From: Eledone cirrhosa
Taxonomy: Eukaryota
Reading direction: 5' to 3'
DNA: 64,000 bases
Assembly: GCA_964016885.1 (NCBI GenBank)
Contig: OZ024748.1
Span: 48,112,001 to 48,176,000 of the forward strand
Position 1 is the stretch's first letter. Every line of letters starts with the position of its first letter. Position numbers and translations under genes: made by a program. This document shows positions 48,559 through 60,394 of the stretch, in pieces. Under the pieces are notes generated by a model. The model was not told where the DNA came from and ran no database searches. It saw only the letters and a list, made by a program, of their open reading frames with translations.

Positions 48559-49440
48559 GTGATGACCAATGTAGGTAGAAAGTTCCTAGCCCTTCTAGAT
48601 CTTTACTTCCCTGTAGGCCATAAATATCAACAAATATTAAATTGTCATACAGTGAAAATAGGCTACTCTTGTACCAGTAACATAAAATCCCACATCACCA
48701 ACAAACGCAAAAGCCTTCTGCTTTATAGATGCTTATGCAGAAGGCCAAAAGCATGCACCCCCAGATCAACAGTGCAACACTCCTGCAATGATATATGAAG
48801 TAGAAGTGACCTCCACCAACCAGAACCACCAAACTGAAGCCTGGACTTACGTTGGAATGTCTGAGAGCTGGTCTAAAAGCTGTTTCTTGAACCACAAAAC
48901 AACTTTCAGACATCCTGACAAAAAACATACTACCCTGCTCATGAACCTTGTATGGAAACTCAAAAATAACAGCACAGTATATGGAGTATACTGGAAAAAT
49001 TCACCCTATATCAATGGAACAGAATTTTACCAGCTGTGTAACTCGGAGAAGTGAAATATACTCTCGCAAGTGGCTTCAGGAAAATGTTGCTTAAATACAC
49101 ACCTCAACTGCTTCAGTCACTGTCTTGATGAAGCAAAATTCACTCTGAAAAACTGGTATAGACCAAATTAACAATTTATTTTCTTCAACTTTTCAACTTA
49201 ACTCTTGGACTCCTTGTGTAACACAAGTTGCTTCCCTTTTGTTTTTTTATAGTTACCTCCCTTTACAATTTTCAAGGGAGTTGTTTATTTATAGCTAAAT
49301 TCAAGGTTACCTAACCTTAGAACTCTCCTATAATTTATTAAACCCCCATGTGAGTAGCCATTTTTAATTATAAAGGCTGAATGAGTTGGGGTGAATAATC
49401 GAATGAAACTAAATACCTGTATATGTCACTGTTGTAACTA
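48559..49440 (+). mobile_element. Second Penelope-like family, decayed 3' fragment (linker + GIY-YIG + pseudo-LTR)
   Basis: TNVGRKFL.LLD.YFP..H....ILN.HTVKIGYSC and IYEVEV..TYVGMSE..K....NHKTTF; degenerate hammerhead at ~49374-49418; (TA)n flanks. Confidence 0.78.
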
Positions 49441-49472
49441 ATTATGGTATATATATATATATATATCATTAT

Positions 49473-49508
<36 letters not shown>

Positions 49509-49571
49509 GTCCCAAGGCTCTGATACCATCAACACTATACACACAGAGCTGGCATATCTAAGAACTGACTA

Positions 49572-49627
49572 ACTGCCTGATGAGGTCATAGCCATTCAAT
49601 GGCTATCATCGAAATATATATAGCAGT
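49572..49627 (+). ncRNA. Type-I hammerhead ribozyme in a ~160-bp (TA)n-flanked element
   Basis: ACUGC-CUGAUGA-GGUCAUAGCCAU(UCA)AUGGCUAUCAUC-GAAA-UAUAUA-UA^GCAGU. Confidence 0.78.
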
Positions 49628-49689
49628 AAATAAAGGATTATGAGTTCATGCAATTGACTTATGTTTCGTCACTATATATATATATATAT

Positions 49690-50400
49690 GTATATATATA
49701 AAACAGAGGATGTCTGTCTGTGTGTGTATCTGTCTGTCTGTCTGTGTAAATCCCTAAAACTCGAGAAGTACCTGACCGATTTTTTTCAAACTTTACACAT
49801 GCGTTACTTATATTTCTTGAAGTGCAATGGGCTAAAAATGTTTTAACTTTTTTGCTCTTTTTGCTCTTTTTGCCCTTTTTGCATTAGTCGAAAAACCGCA
49901 TTTTTTAGGCATTTTTAGGCTTTTTTTAGGTGTAACTTAAGGATAAACCAGTTGATTTCCTCAAAATTTGCAGCACACATTAATTAGTCCCCTCGCATTG
50001 CTGTAGACAAAAAAAAATTCCGATTCCATTAATGGTTTCTAGGAAATTTACGAATTAGCATTGGGCATTACATGCCATTTTCATTTTCAATATAAATGCT
50101 ACTTAAACATTGTATCGTATAATATTTCGTTAAAAATTTGTTTTATTTAACAGAGGACACAACACTTAATTACTTTTAAGCAGGACCATTTTCGGGGAAA
50201 TGAGGAGGACCTTAAAATTTTTGTCAGCGCCCTGTTGACGCTTCGTGCTTTCATCACGCACAAATCTGGGCCATGTGTACGTTGCCGTGTTATTGACACC
50301 ATAAAACTCACATCTGTGCTACTTCTACTAAGACAACTTTTGTTGCACCTACACCGCAGTATGAACGCTCTGCGCAAGTACGCCGAACAACAGTTGTGTT
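49690..50400 (+). mobile_element. Possible non-autonomous Helitron/Helentron-like element with (TCTG)n
   Basis: TATATATAAAA start and (TCTG)n tract followed by a CCGATTTTTTTCAAACTTT motif, recalled from such elements; 3' end uncertain. Confidence 0.4.
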
Positions 50401-50450
50401 AAGTAATTTTTATTTCTACTTTATGCTTTTCTGTTTCTGTTCAACTTCTA

Positions 50451-50497
50451 GCTGTTTGATAGGTCATAACGGTTATCACCGAAATATATATAACAGC
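50451..50497 (+). ncRNA. Degenerate type-I hammerhead (relative of 49572-49627)
   Basis: GCUGU-UUGAUA-GGUCAUAAC(G)GUUAUCACC-GAAA-UAUAUA-UA-ACAGC; core mutated, stems retained. Confidence 0.55.
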
Positions 50498-50574
50498 AAT
50501 TATGAATAAACGTAGTGGATTATAACCCGTTGACTTGTACTTCATGATTATGTATATATATATATATATATATA

Positions 50575-50907
50575 GAGGCACATGGCTTAGTGGTTAGAGC
50601 ATTGGCCTTGCAATCGAAAGGTTGTGAGTTCAATTCTCAGACCGGGTGATGTGTTGTTTCTTTGAGCAAGACACTTTATTTCACATTGCTCCAGTTTACT
50701 CAGCTGTAGAAATGAGATGATAGGGACTGGGCTCCATATCATTCCACTGCAAAGTGGTCGTGGAGGTGCCACGGCAAAAAAGCACCCAGCACTCACTGTA
50801 AATGAGGTTGGTGTTAGGAAGGGCATCCAGCTGTAGAAATCAAGCCAGAATCAGTTCCTGTCCCACCCTTGCAAGCAGGGAAAGCGGACGTAAAATGAAA
50901 TGATGAT
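50575..50907 (+). mobile_element. tRNA-CORE SINE family B
   Basis: Nearly identical to 38776-39118. Confidence 0.9.
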
Positions 50908-51435
50908 ATATATAGATAGATAGATAGATCCCAAGTGATATCGGGGATAGCCACAGTAAGTAAGAGACTCAATACATTAGTAGAGTGAAAACAACAGAAT
51001 TTAATATGGGAATGGTTTTTACAGGACTAGAATTGTTTCATTTGTATGAAATAGTTCTAGTCCCGTAGAAGCCATTTCTTTATTAAATTTCTTTATAATT
51101 TATATGTGGGACAATTTAAGGATGTTTGTTATCAAATAGTTTACCAAGGAAAAGGTGAAGTACCCTAACCCTAGCCTCAACACCAACCCCAACACCAATG
51201 CTAACCCTAATTCAGAACCTGGAGCGAGAAATTTGTATGTCTCTGGACCAATGTTTTTGTTTAAGGGGCTTTGTGACTAGGTTAGTCTACATATCCAGGT
51301 GGATAATAAATTAGAAAAGTGTACAGGGTGGCTCTCAATCTCATTCAAAACTGAGTTGAGAGGAGGAAGATATCTCTAAAAAGTCAAGCGGAAGTAACTG
51401 ACACTGATATAGCTTCCTTGGTGTACTATCACCTG

Positions 51436-53008
51436 ACCAATATATTTTATGGTACACAAGAAGTAGGAGGTATATGATATACCAATATATTTTATGGTAC
51501 ACAAGAAGTTGGAGGTATATGACATACCAATATATTTTATGGTACACAAGTGGTAGGAGGTATATGACATACCAATATATTTTATGGTACACAAGAGGTG
51601 GGAGGTATATGACATACCAATATATTTTATGGTACACAAGTGGTAGGAGGTATATGACATACCAATATATTTTATGGTACACAAGAGGTGGGAGGTATAT
51701 GACATACCAATATATTTTATGGTACACAAGTGGTAGGAGGTATATGACATACCAATATATTTTATGGTACACAAGAGGTGGGAGGTATATGACATACCAA
51801 TATATTTTATGGTACACAAGTGGTAGGAGGTATATGACATACCAATATATTTTATGGTACACAAGAGGTGGGAGGTATATGACATACCAATATATTTTAT
51901 GGTACACAAGTGGTAGGAGGTATATGACATACCAATATATTTTATGGTACACAAGTGGTAGGAGGTATATGACATACCAATATATTTTATGGTACACAAG
52001 AGGTAGGAGGTATATGACATACCAATATATTTTATGGTACACAAGAGGTAGGAAGTATGACATACCAATATATTTTATGGTACACAAGAAGTAGGAGGTA
52101 TATGACATACCAATATATTTTATGGTACACAAGAGGTAGGAGGTATATGACATACCAATATATTTTATGGTACACAAGAGGTAGGAGGTATATGACATAC
52201 GAATATATTTTATGGTACACAAGAAGTAGGAGGTATATGATATACCAATATATTTTATGGTACACAAGAAGTAGGAGGTATATGACATACCAATATATTT
52301 TATGGTACACAAGAAGTAGGAGGTATATGACATACCAATATATTTTATGGTACACAAGTGGTAGGAGGTATATGACATACCAATATATTTTATGGTACAC
52401 AAGAGGTAGGAGGTATATGACATACCAATATATTTTATGGTACACAAGAAGTAGGAGGTATATGACATACCAATATATTTTATGGTACACAAGAAGTAGG
52501 AGGTATATGACATACCAATATATTTTATGGTACACAAGTGGTAGGAGGTATATGACATACCAATATATTTTATGGTACACAAGTGGTAGGAGGTATATGA
52601 TATACCAATATATTTTATGGTACACAAGAAGTAGGAGGTATATGACATACCAATATATTTTTGGTACACAAGAGGTGGGAGGTATATGACATACCAATAT
52701 ATTTTATGGTACACAAGAAGTAAGAGGTATATGACATACCAATATATTTTATGGTACACAAGAAGTAGGAGGTATATGACATACCAATATATTTTATGGT
52801 ACACAAGAAGTAGGAGGTATATGACATACCAATATATTTTTGGTACACAAGAGGTAGGAAGTATATGACATACCAATATATTTTATGGTACACAAGAGGT
52901 GGGAGGTATATGACATACCAATATATTTTATGGTACACAAGAGGTAGGAGGTATATGACATACCAATATATTTTATGGTACACAAGAGGTAGGAAGTATG
53001 ACATACCA
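51436..53008. repeat. 45-bp minisatellite (ACCAATATATTTTATGGTACACAAGAAGTAGGAGGTATATGACAT)n, about 35 units
   Basis: Direct inspection. Confidence 0.97.
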
Positions 53009-53439
53009 GTAATGTCACTGGTACACTAGGGGTGGGGAGTATGAAATACCAGTTCATTTTTAGCACTGAAAGAATTAATAAGTTTATTGAAAATTCATCT
53101 GCAAAATATAACTCAAACAGACATCAGCTTTCTAATTTATAATTCTTTTATGACACAGGCATGCTACTAATTAATGAATACTTAAATAAAATTAATTAAT
53201 TATTAAAATTAATTAATTAATGAAATCTATAATTAATTATTAAAATTAATTAATAAAATGGGAAGAAGTTAATTGAAAATAATCTAATTGCTACATTGAA
53301 AGACATAGCTTTCTGATATTTGTTCCAAGTCACACATTTTTATAAGATGAGTAAAAGTCATAGTGTATAACTGGTATTTATTTTATCAAATTCAAAGCAG
53401 TATAGTGGCAGTCATTACAGTGTAGTACAAAATGTCTTC

Positions 53440-53770
53440 AGCACTTTTGATTATAGGTCTGTTTCATTAGAGATAGTCACATCTGGAGCACCTTTGATCA
53501 TGGGTCTACTCTATCAGTGATGGTCACACCTGGAGCACCTTTGATCATGGGTCTACTCCATCAGGGATCGTCACAGCTGGAACACTTTTCATTATATGTT
53601 TTACTCCATCAAAAATGGAGACAGCTGGAATGCCATTGATCATAGGTCTACTTCATCAGGGATAGTCACAGCTGGAAAGCTTTTAATCATAGGTTTTGCT
53701 CCATCAGAAATAGCTGCCAGTGGAAAGGCTGATCATAGCTCTGTTTGATCAAAGCTGACCAAGAACTAAA
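53440..53770. repeat. Degenerate ~47-bp tandem repeat (TTTGATCATGGGTCTACTCCATCAGGGATAGTCACAGCTGGAGCACC-like)
   Basis: About 7 diverged copies followed by (AAC)n. Confidence 0.75.
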
Positions 53771-54316
53771 CAACAACAACAACAACAACAACAACTACTA
53801 CTACTACTACTACTACTACTGTTGCTGCTGCTGTTGCTACTGCTGCTGCAGCAGTAACAAGAACTGCTACAATACCTACATCAGCAACTACAGCAACTAC
53901 AACAACTACAAACTAATCTGAGAAATCATTCCTAGAAAGTTGATTAAAACCATGCAACACACATACAGCACACACACACAACACACACACAACACATACA
54001 CACACACATACACACAACACTCACACATATGTAGCTGAATAGATAGAATCTATCCTATAATATGTACATATTAATTTCATCCCCTCTCCCTCACCTTATT
54101 TATCTCCCACCAACTAGGTTGGGTCCTTTTTATCATAAAACCAGCACTACCACATTACAGAGTAGGCTGAGTGAAATATTAATTTATTCAAAAACCTTCT
54201 AGCATAGTTTTATATAAGTACTTTTGTTAAGCTATATTCTAAACACCAACTAAAGTTAATTATCTTTATAAATCTTTAGAAATTTTTGATAATCTTAAAA
54301 AATATTTGAGTCATAA

Positions 54317-54695
54317 GCAGTGCCTTTCATTAGAAATATGGTCATAAAAGGGTTAATAACATGGACTATCTTTCATTAGAAATATGGTAATGAAAGATTA
54401 AACATTGACAGTGTCTTTCATTAGAAATATGGTCATGAAAGTGTTAAAGACATAGACAATGTCTTTCATTAGAAATATTGTGATGAAACAGTTAATGACA
54501 CAGGCAGTGTCTTTCATTAGAAATATGGTAATGAAAGGGTTAATGACATAGACAGTGTCTTTCATTAGAAATATGGTAATGAAAGGGTTAATGGCATAGA
54601 CAATGTCTTTCATTAGAAATATGGTAATGAAAGGGTTAATGACATAGACAATGTCTTTCATTAGAAATATGGTAATGAAAGGGTTAATGACATAC
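54317..54695. repeat. 48-bp minisatellite derived from a TTAA-type MITE end
   Basis: Unit GTCTTTCATTAGAAATATGGTAATGAAAGGGTTAATGACATAGACAAT, about 8 copies. Confidence 0.9.
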
Positions 54696-56350
54696 AGAAA
54701 ATAATCATTGAAGATCCTCCTTCCATGGAAGAAGTTGAAAACCTTTGGAGAAAGATTTGGAGCGATGAGAAGTCATATAATGCTAATGTAGATTGGATTA
54801 GTCGCTTAGAAAAATCTTTCACAAATTTACAAGAATAAGCATGGGAAGACATCTGAATAGCAGACTTGAGGATGGCATTCAATAAAGCTCATAAGTTGAA
54901 ATCTTCTGGTAGAGATAGGGTGCCATATAAATTCCCTTGTACAGACAGTTCATGCTTTCAGTACAGACATAGGAGTGGAATTTACTGAAGTTAGGCAGAA
55001 TTAATAAGATGGAAGGAATTGAATTACCAGAAGGACAAGTTATGAAGGAAATTGATGAAACAAACTAAATGAAAGAACTATTATCAAAAGGATATAAATG
55101 GAGACTGAAGTTGATGTTAAAGACAAAGTTAAGAGGTAGAAATAAGATACTGGCTATCAACACATGAGCTGTTGCAGGGCTACGGTGTAGTGCTGGTGTG
55201 ATAGAGTGGAGATGTGATGAATTTAAGGAGCTTGATAGAAAAACCAGGAAAATGATGACACTACAAGGGGCTCTAAACCCTAAAAGTGACATGGACAGGT
55301 TGTATCTATCATGTCAGAGAGGAGGAAGAGGTCTCGTTAGCTGTGAAATGTGTGTGAAGTCAGAGGTAAATAATCTGTCATGGTATGTTAAGAATTCAAA
55401 GGAGAGATTGATGGCAGGAGTAAGAAAGATAAAGGTCCTAAACAGGGATGAAGCAAAGGAAAGGGGAGAATCTATACAAGACAGGCAGAATGACATTAAA
55501 TAGATGGAAGAAAACAAATATGTATGGTCAATTCTTACATGAAATGTGTGAGACAGTTGAAGATAGGAACTGGGAATGGACTAGGAAAAGTAACTTAAAA
55601 GTTGAAACTGAGGCCCTTATTTTTGCAGCCCAGGAACAGGCACTGCAAACAAATTATATCAAGTTCAATATTGACAAGTCAGTGAATTCTCCACTTTGTA
55701 GGCTGTGTGGTGAGAAAGGTGAGACCATAAACCACATTATTAGTGACTGTAAGATGCTTGCTGAGAAAGAGTAGAAGAGAAGGTACGACAACATTGCCAG
55801 ATTGATTCACTGGAAGTTCTGTCATAAGTATGGCATTAGCAGAAGTTAGAAATGGTATGAGCACCAACCGTAAAGGGTGGCTGCAAGTGAACAGTATAAG
55901 ATCTTGTGGAGCATGACTATCAAGTGCAACCATTTTATCGTGGCTAGAATGCCTGACAGTGTTGTCGTAGAAAAGAAGAATAACAAGGCAAGTATTGTGG
56001 ATATTGCTTTTCCGTGGCAACACAAGGTGAATGAGAAGGAAAGTGAAAATACCAGGAGCTGAAGAGAGAAATCAGGAAATTATAGAGAATCAGACATGTA
56101 GAAGTGGTAGCGATTGTGGTTGATGTACTTGGAGCAGAAGGTTGAATGCATGGTTTGAGAAGCTAGGAGTTACCAGGATTGTTGCAGAAAACAGCCTTGC
56201 TGGAAACAGCAAGAATTCTAAGAAGGGTGTTGGGAAGTTGGAGAAAGAATGACCTGAAAGACCTTTGGCCATTGGCTATGGCTTGCTCTTTTGGTATAGT
56301 GTTGGTATAACATCTGCCAGAGCAAAAGCATTATGAATAATAATAATAAT
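54696..56350 (+). mobile_element. R4/Dong-like RLE retrotransposon, decayed and internally deleted
   Basis: ELDRKTRKMMT..GALNPKSDMDRLY..RGGRGL, LKVETEALIFAAQEQAL and CRLCGEKGETINHIISDC; (AAT)n tail. Confidence 0.85.
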
Positions 56351-56351
56351 A

Positions 56352-57300
56352 ATTCTTTCTTTATGGGCCATAAGGGCCTACATCTAGGGGACAATACAAA
56401 GGACAGGGACAGTGGGGGTTTTTACAAAAAAAAAAAATGAGTAAATAATATAAAAAATAATAACAATCAACAAGAAAATTATAATACTATAAATTCCCCA
56501 ATAGGGAGAGAACCACCCAGGAGCAACACAGGAACCCCACCAATCCTGAACTACCTGTCGCTCAGAGAACACCCAGGAAGGGCACCCCTCCCCTCTTCAA
56601 ATTCAACAACCTACAGCCGCATGCTCAAATAGGTCCACTCACACGGACCTATACTATCCTTATTTACTGTCCTAATAAAAAACCTATCTATATACGATGA
56701 CCCTAGATGACCCTACGCGGTTGGTTCAGGTCCACACTGGTGCATTAAGGAAATCTAGTTGGTACCTGTCAGACAGTTGGAACTGGCTGATCAGGTTCTT
56801 GAGGTTTTTGCACACACACCCCCCCTGCTCCTATCAGCTACTCCCACACAATCCCAGCTTGTATCTAAGATGCTGTTCCAGTCCTATGCTAACAGTAAAC
56901 AGCAAGACGTTCCCAGAAAGGCTTCCAGGTACCTAAAGAAATCCAGCCACCAGGGCGTAGACAGCCACCTTTGCTATTGCTTATGTCCAGAATCCTCAAA
57001 TTACCATCTGGGTCTAGTAAGATCATCCTTACCTCAAGGCCCAGCCTTTCCTAAACAGCACTGCCACCCCACCTCCCATTCCTGGCCGACTAAGAGATGC
57101 AAAGATCTGATAGTCATAAAAAATGGGGGCTAGTGTGCATGAGTCAGAAATCCTTGTCTTGCTGCCGGCAGTCACATCCATATATAGTGACCTGAGATCA
57201 TTCAGCAAACAACCCTGTCTCCAAGATGATTTCACGCCAAGAACAGTCAAACATCCCACTCTTAAGATAGCCATATTGTCTGGTTAAACAAGAGAGGAAA
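56352..57300 (-). mobile_element. Tx1/L1-like LINE, internally deleted (APE N-terminus joined to 3' UTR)
   Basis: MAILRVGCLTV.G..GGGVAVLFRKG..VYAP-like APE remnant; 3' end CCCATAAAGAAAGA(ATT)n, similar to 13312-13728. Confidence 0.6.
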
Positions 57301-57425
57301 GGTTTACTTACCTCCCAGAAATCTTGTGGAGGTCGGCTGGTTCCACCACAAAGAGTTCACATTAAGTAAAACATTAAGTACGACACAGGACAAAACATTG
57401 AGTGAATAAATCAAATTATTCTCAC

Positions 57426-57523
57426 CTGGGTCCTATATCAGCCACCAGATCTTCTTTGCCAAATAACAAGAATAAACCCAATCCTTTGTCATCTCCACCT
57501 GTCAGGAAAAGTGTCACCTCCTT
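57426..57523 (-). CDS. AARSD1: Penultimate coding exon of AARSD1-like gene
   Basis: Acceptor GGTTTAG and donor GTGAG; 98 bp, phase 0-2. KEVTLFLTGGDDKGLGLFLLFGKEDLVADIGP resembles human 'ETLLFLTVGDEKGGGLFLLAGPPASVETLGP' (recalled). Phases join both neighbouring exons in frame. Confidence 0.9.
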
Positions 57524-57619
57524 CTAAACCATGTGGGAGAGGGAAGAGTAGGAAAATAGAACAAAAACAAATATCTTTAGTTCAGAAAAATACACACAAC
57601 AACAACAGTAATAAACAAC

Positions 57620-57736
57620 AACAAACCTTAACACAGTCCTCCACCCTACCACTACACAACAAACCTTAACACAGTCCTCCACCCTACCACTACACAACAA
57701 ACCTTAACACAGTCCTCCACCCTTACACTACAACAA
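57620..57736. repeat. ~38-bp tandem repeat x3
   Basis: AACAAACCTTAACACAGTCCTCCACCCTACCACTACAC. Confidence 0.88.
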
Positions 57737-57914
57737 ATGCTCTGTTTTTTTAAGTTTGACATCTCTCACATTTTTCATCAGTCAAATTCCACTGATACCT
57801 TTTCAATTAAAGGGAATAAAACAACAGGAAATTCTGTGACTTCTACCATTCCAACCCTCTCCCACTTTACTGTCCCTTTCTCTCTCTCTCTCCCACTTTA
57901 CTGTCCCTTTCTCT

Positions 57915-58680
57915 CTCATGATCATCATCACATCCATTATCACCACCACATCATCATCATCATCATCATTACCACCATTACCATGGCAATAATCATCACC
58001 ATTGTCACACACCCATTATCATCACTGTCATCACCAGCACCACTATCATCATCATCATTATCATCATTATCATCATCATCATCATCATCATCATCACCAT
58101 CATGACCATCATCATCATCACTACCATTATAATCATCATCACTACCATTATCATCCCCATCACCACCACCGCCATGGCCATCATCATCATCATCATCACT
58201 GTCATCGTCAAAATTATTACCATAACAACAATTACAGCCACCTGCACCATCAACACGACTACCACCACAACCATCATCAACACTACTACCACCACCACTA
58301 CCACTACTACCGCTACCACCACCACCACTACTACCACTACCACCACTACCATCACTACCACCACCACCACTACTACCACCACCAATACCACTACCATCAC
58401 TACCACCTTCACAAGGACCACCACCACCACCACCACCACCACCACCATCACTACCACTACCACCTTCACAAGGACCACCATCACCACCACCACCACCACT
58501 ACCACTACCACCTTCACAAGGACCACCATCACCACCACCACCACCACCTTCACAAGGACCACCATCACCACCACCACCACCACTACCACTACCACCTTCA
58601 CAAGGACCACCATCACCACCACCATCACCACCACCACCACCACCACCATCACCACCACCACCACCAACAACAACTAACTA
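57915..58680. repeat. (CAT)n/(CAC)n compound microsatellite
   Basis: Direct inspection. Confidence 0.9.
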
Positions 58681-58782
58681 ACTAACCCAGCCCTGTTTTA
58701 CCATTAATTGCTTTCTTCAGTTTTAAAGGAAATGAAATTCTGTTGAAGATTGTCACAAGAATATGGAATGGCAGCAGGACTG

Positions 58783-58872
58783 GTAGAGAAAGGTGGAGAA
58801 AGGTAGAGAAAGGTGGAGAAAGGTAGAGAAAGGTGGAGAAAGGTAGAGAAAGGTGGAGAAAGGTGGAGAAAG
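58783..58872. repeat. 10-bp repeat (GGTRGAGAAA)n
   Basis: About 9 copies. Confidence 0.9.
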
Positions 58873-59344
58873 GATTGCTTCTCTCCAAGACAAAGACAAA
58901 AGAATATCATGAAAAAAAACCTCAATAGAAATCCAGCGTCTAATTCAAATTGAAAGCCATATTGGAAGAAATAATAGAATTTAAAGAAAAACAAAGTAAG
59001 AAAATAAAATAAAAAGTGATAAATAAAAACAATAAAGAAAAATAAAATATAAAAAAAAAGAAAAATAAAGAAAATTTAAATATTAAAAATAAATAAAAAT
59101 AATAGACTTTTAGAGAATAGAAAATTAAAAATAAAACAACGATGTAAATATTAATTTTGTGAAGATATTTTAAAATATGGAAATAATAATAATGGGGGTG
59201 GTGGAGGGTGACATTGGTAGTGGTGTGAGGGTGGTGGGGGAGGGTGGTAGGGTGACATTGGTAGTGGTGTGTCTGTGTCAAAATGAGGTTCGTGGAGGGG
59301 CTGGTGATGAGGACCACCTGGAAACATGGCTCCTTTATGAGTAA

Positions 59345-59887
59345 TGCTTGACACGGCCAACTGGCACAACTGCCATCATAATGGGTCCACCCAGATCCCA
59401 AATCACAGCAACAGTCCCAATATTTTGCAAGGTACAACGTGGCCATCTGGTCAGACTTTCCAGTAACACAGCTCCACTAGGTGTAAGACTTGGCGTGGCC
59501 AACTGGCCAGACCTTCCTCATAGTGGGACCACCTGGCTCCCAAACTATAGTTCCGTTGTGAGCAGGGTACGGCGTGGCCGACTGGCCCGCCTCTCCTCAT
59601 AGTGGGACCACCTGGCTCCCATACTATAGTTCCGTTGTGAGCAGGGTACGGCGTGGCCGACTGGCCCGCCTCTCCTCATAATGGTGCCATCCAGTTCCAC
59701 ACTGTAAATGTGGTTGGTGTTAGGAAGAACACCCAGCTGTAAACATCCATGCCAAATTTACAGCTCCGTCTGAGCAAGGTATGGCACAGCCAACTGGTCA
59801 GACTTGTCTCATGATGTGGGTGACCCGTCTAGCTCATGCAAGCGTGGAAAATAGATGTTAAACGGTGATGATGATGATGATGATGAT
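59345..59887 (+). mobile_element. RTE-type 3' UTR / non-autonomous element with 79-bp internal tandem repeats
   Basis: CACTGTAAATGTGGTTGGTGTTAGGAAG core and GATGTTAAACGGT(GAT)n tail; repeats at 59521 and 59600. Confidence 0.7.
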
Positions 59888-59945
59888 ATACACATATAGA
59901 CATAACTGCTTTTTATGAAGATTCCTTGTATCCAAGCCTGCTTAC

Positions 59946-60000
59946 CTCACTGCTCATCTCTCGACATATGTAATTCATAAAGTCCATATCTGCTTCCTTT
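59946..60000 (-). CDS. AARSD1: Internal exon of alanyl-tRNA editing protein (AARSD1/AlaXp-like); upstream exons lie beyond the window end
   Basis: Acceptor TTCTTGTTGTTCTGTCCACAG and donor GTAAGC; 55 bp, phase 2-0. Translates (R)KEADMDFMNYICREMSSE, similar to human AARSD1 'HRKEGDSEFMNIIANEIGSE' (recalled). Confidence 0.88.
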
Positions 60001-60109
60001 CTGTGGACAGAACAACAAGAAAAAAACTTAATGTAAAAAAAAAAGGACCATTCAGGATATCATTGGTTTGTCCATCTGATAGGTCCCTAACTTCTGGAGT
60101 CAACACATT

Positions 60110-60299
60110 AATAATTGTTTCTACTTTTGGCACAAGGCCAGCAATTATCCCAGTGTATTTCTGGTACTTTATTTTATCGACCCCGTAAGGATGAAAGGCA
60201 AAGTTAACCTCGGCGGGATTTGAACTCAGACGATAAAGGGCCGTAACTCTATGCTTGCAAAGCATAGCGTCCGACCCTCTACCGATACTGCCAATCCAC
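60110..60299 (-). mobile_element. tRNA-derived SINE family A
   Basis: Full copy flanked by a CAACACATTAATAAT direct repeat (TSD). Confidence 0.9.
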
Positions 60300-60394
60300 A
60301 ACACATTAATAATGGTTTGTACACAACCATGAAGTGAACTCATTTATGATGAAGTCACACCAGAGTCCCCCCAGAGATAGTATAACCTGGTTAA

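Noticed and set aside
51162-51210. Telomere-like CCCTAA repeats
   Set aside because: Only a few degenerate units; not an interstitial telomere array.
51341-53066. Multiple 200-500-aa ORFs on both strands
   Set aside because: Artefacts of the 45-bp minisatellite.
58002-58685. Poly-His/poly-Thr ORFs (likewise 15235-16079 and 18007-18664)
   Set aside because: Trinucleotide microsatellites; the 58-kb one lies antisense in an AARSD1 intron and lacks splice signals.
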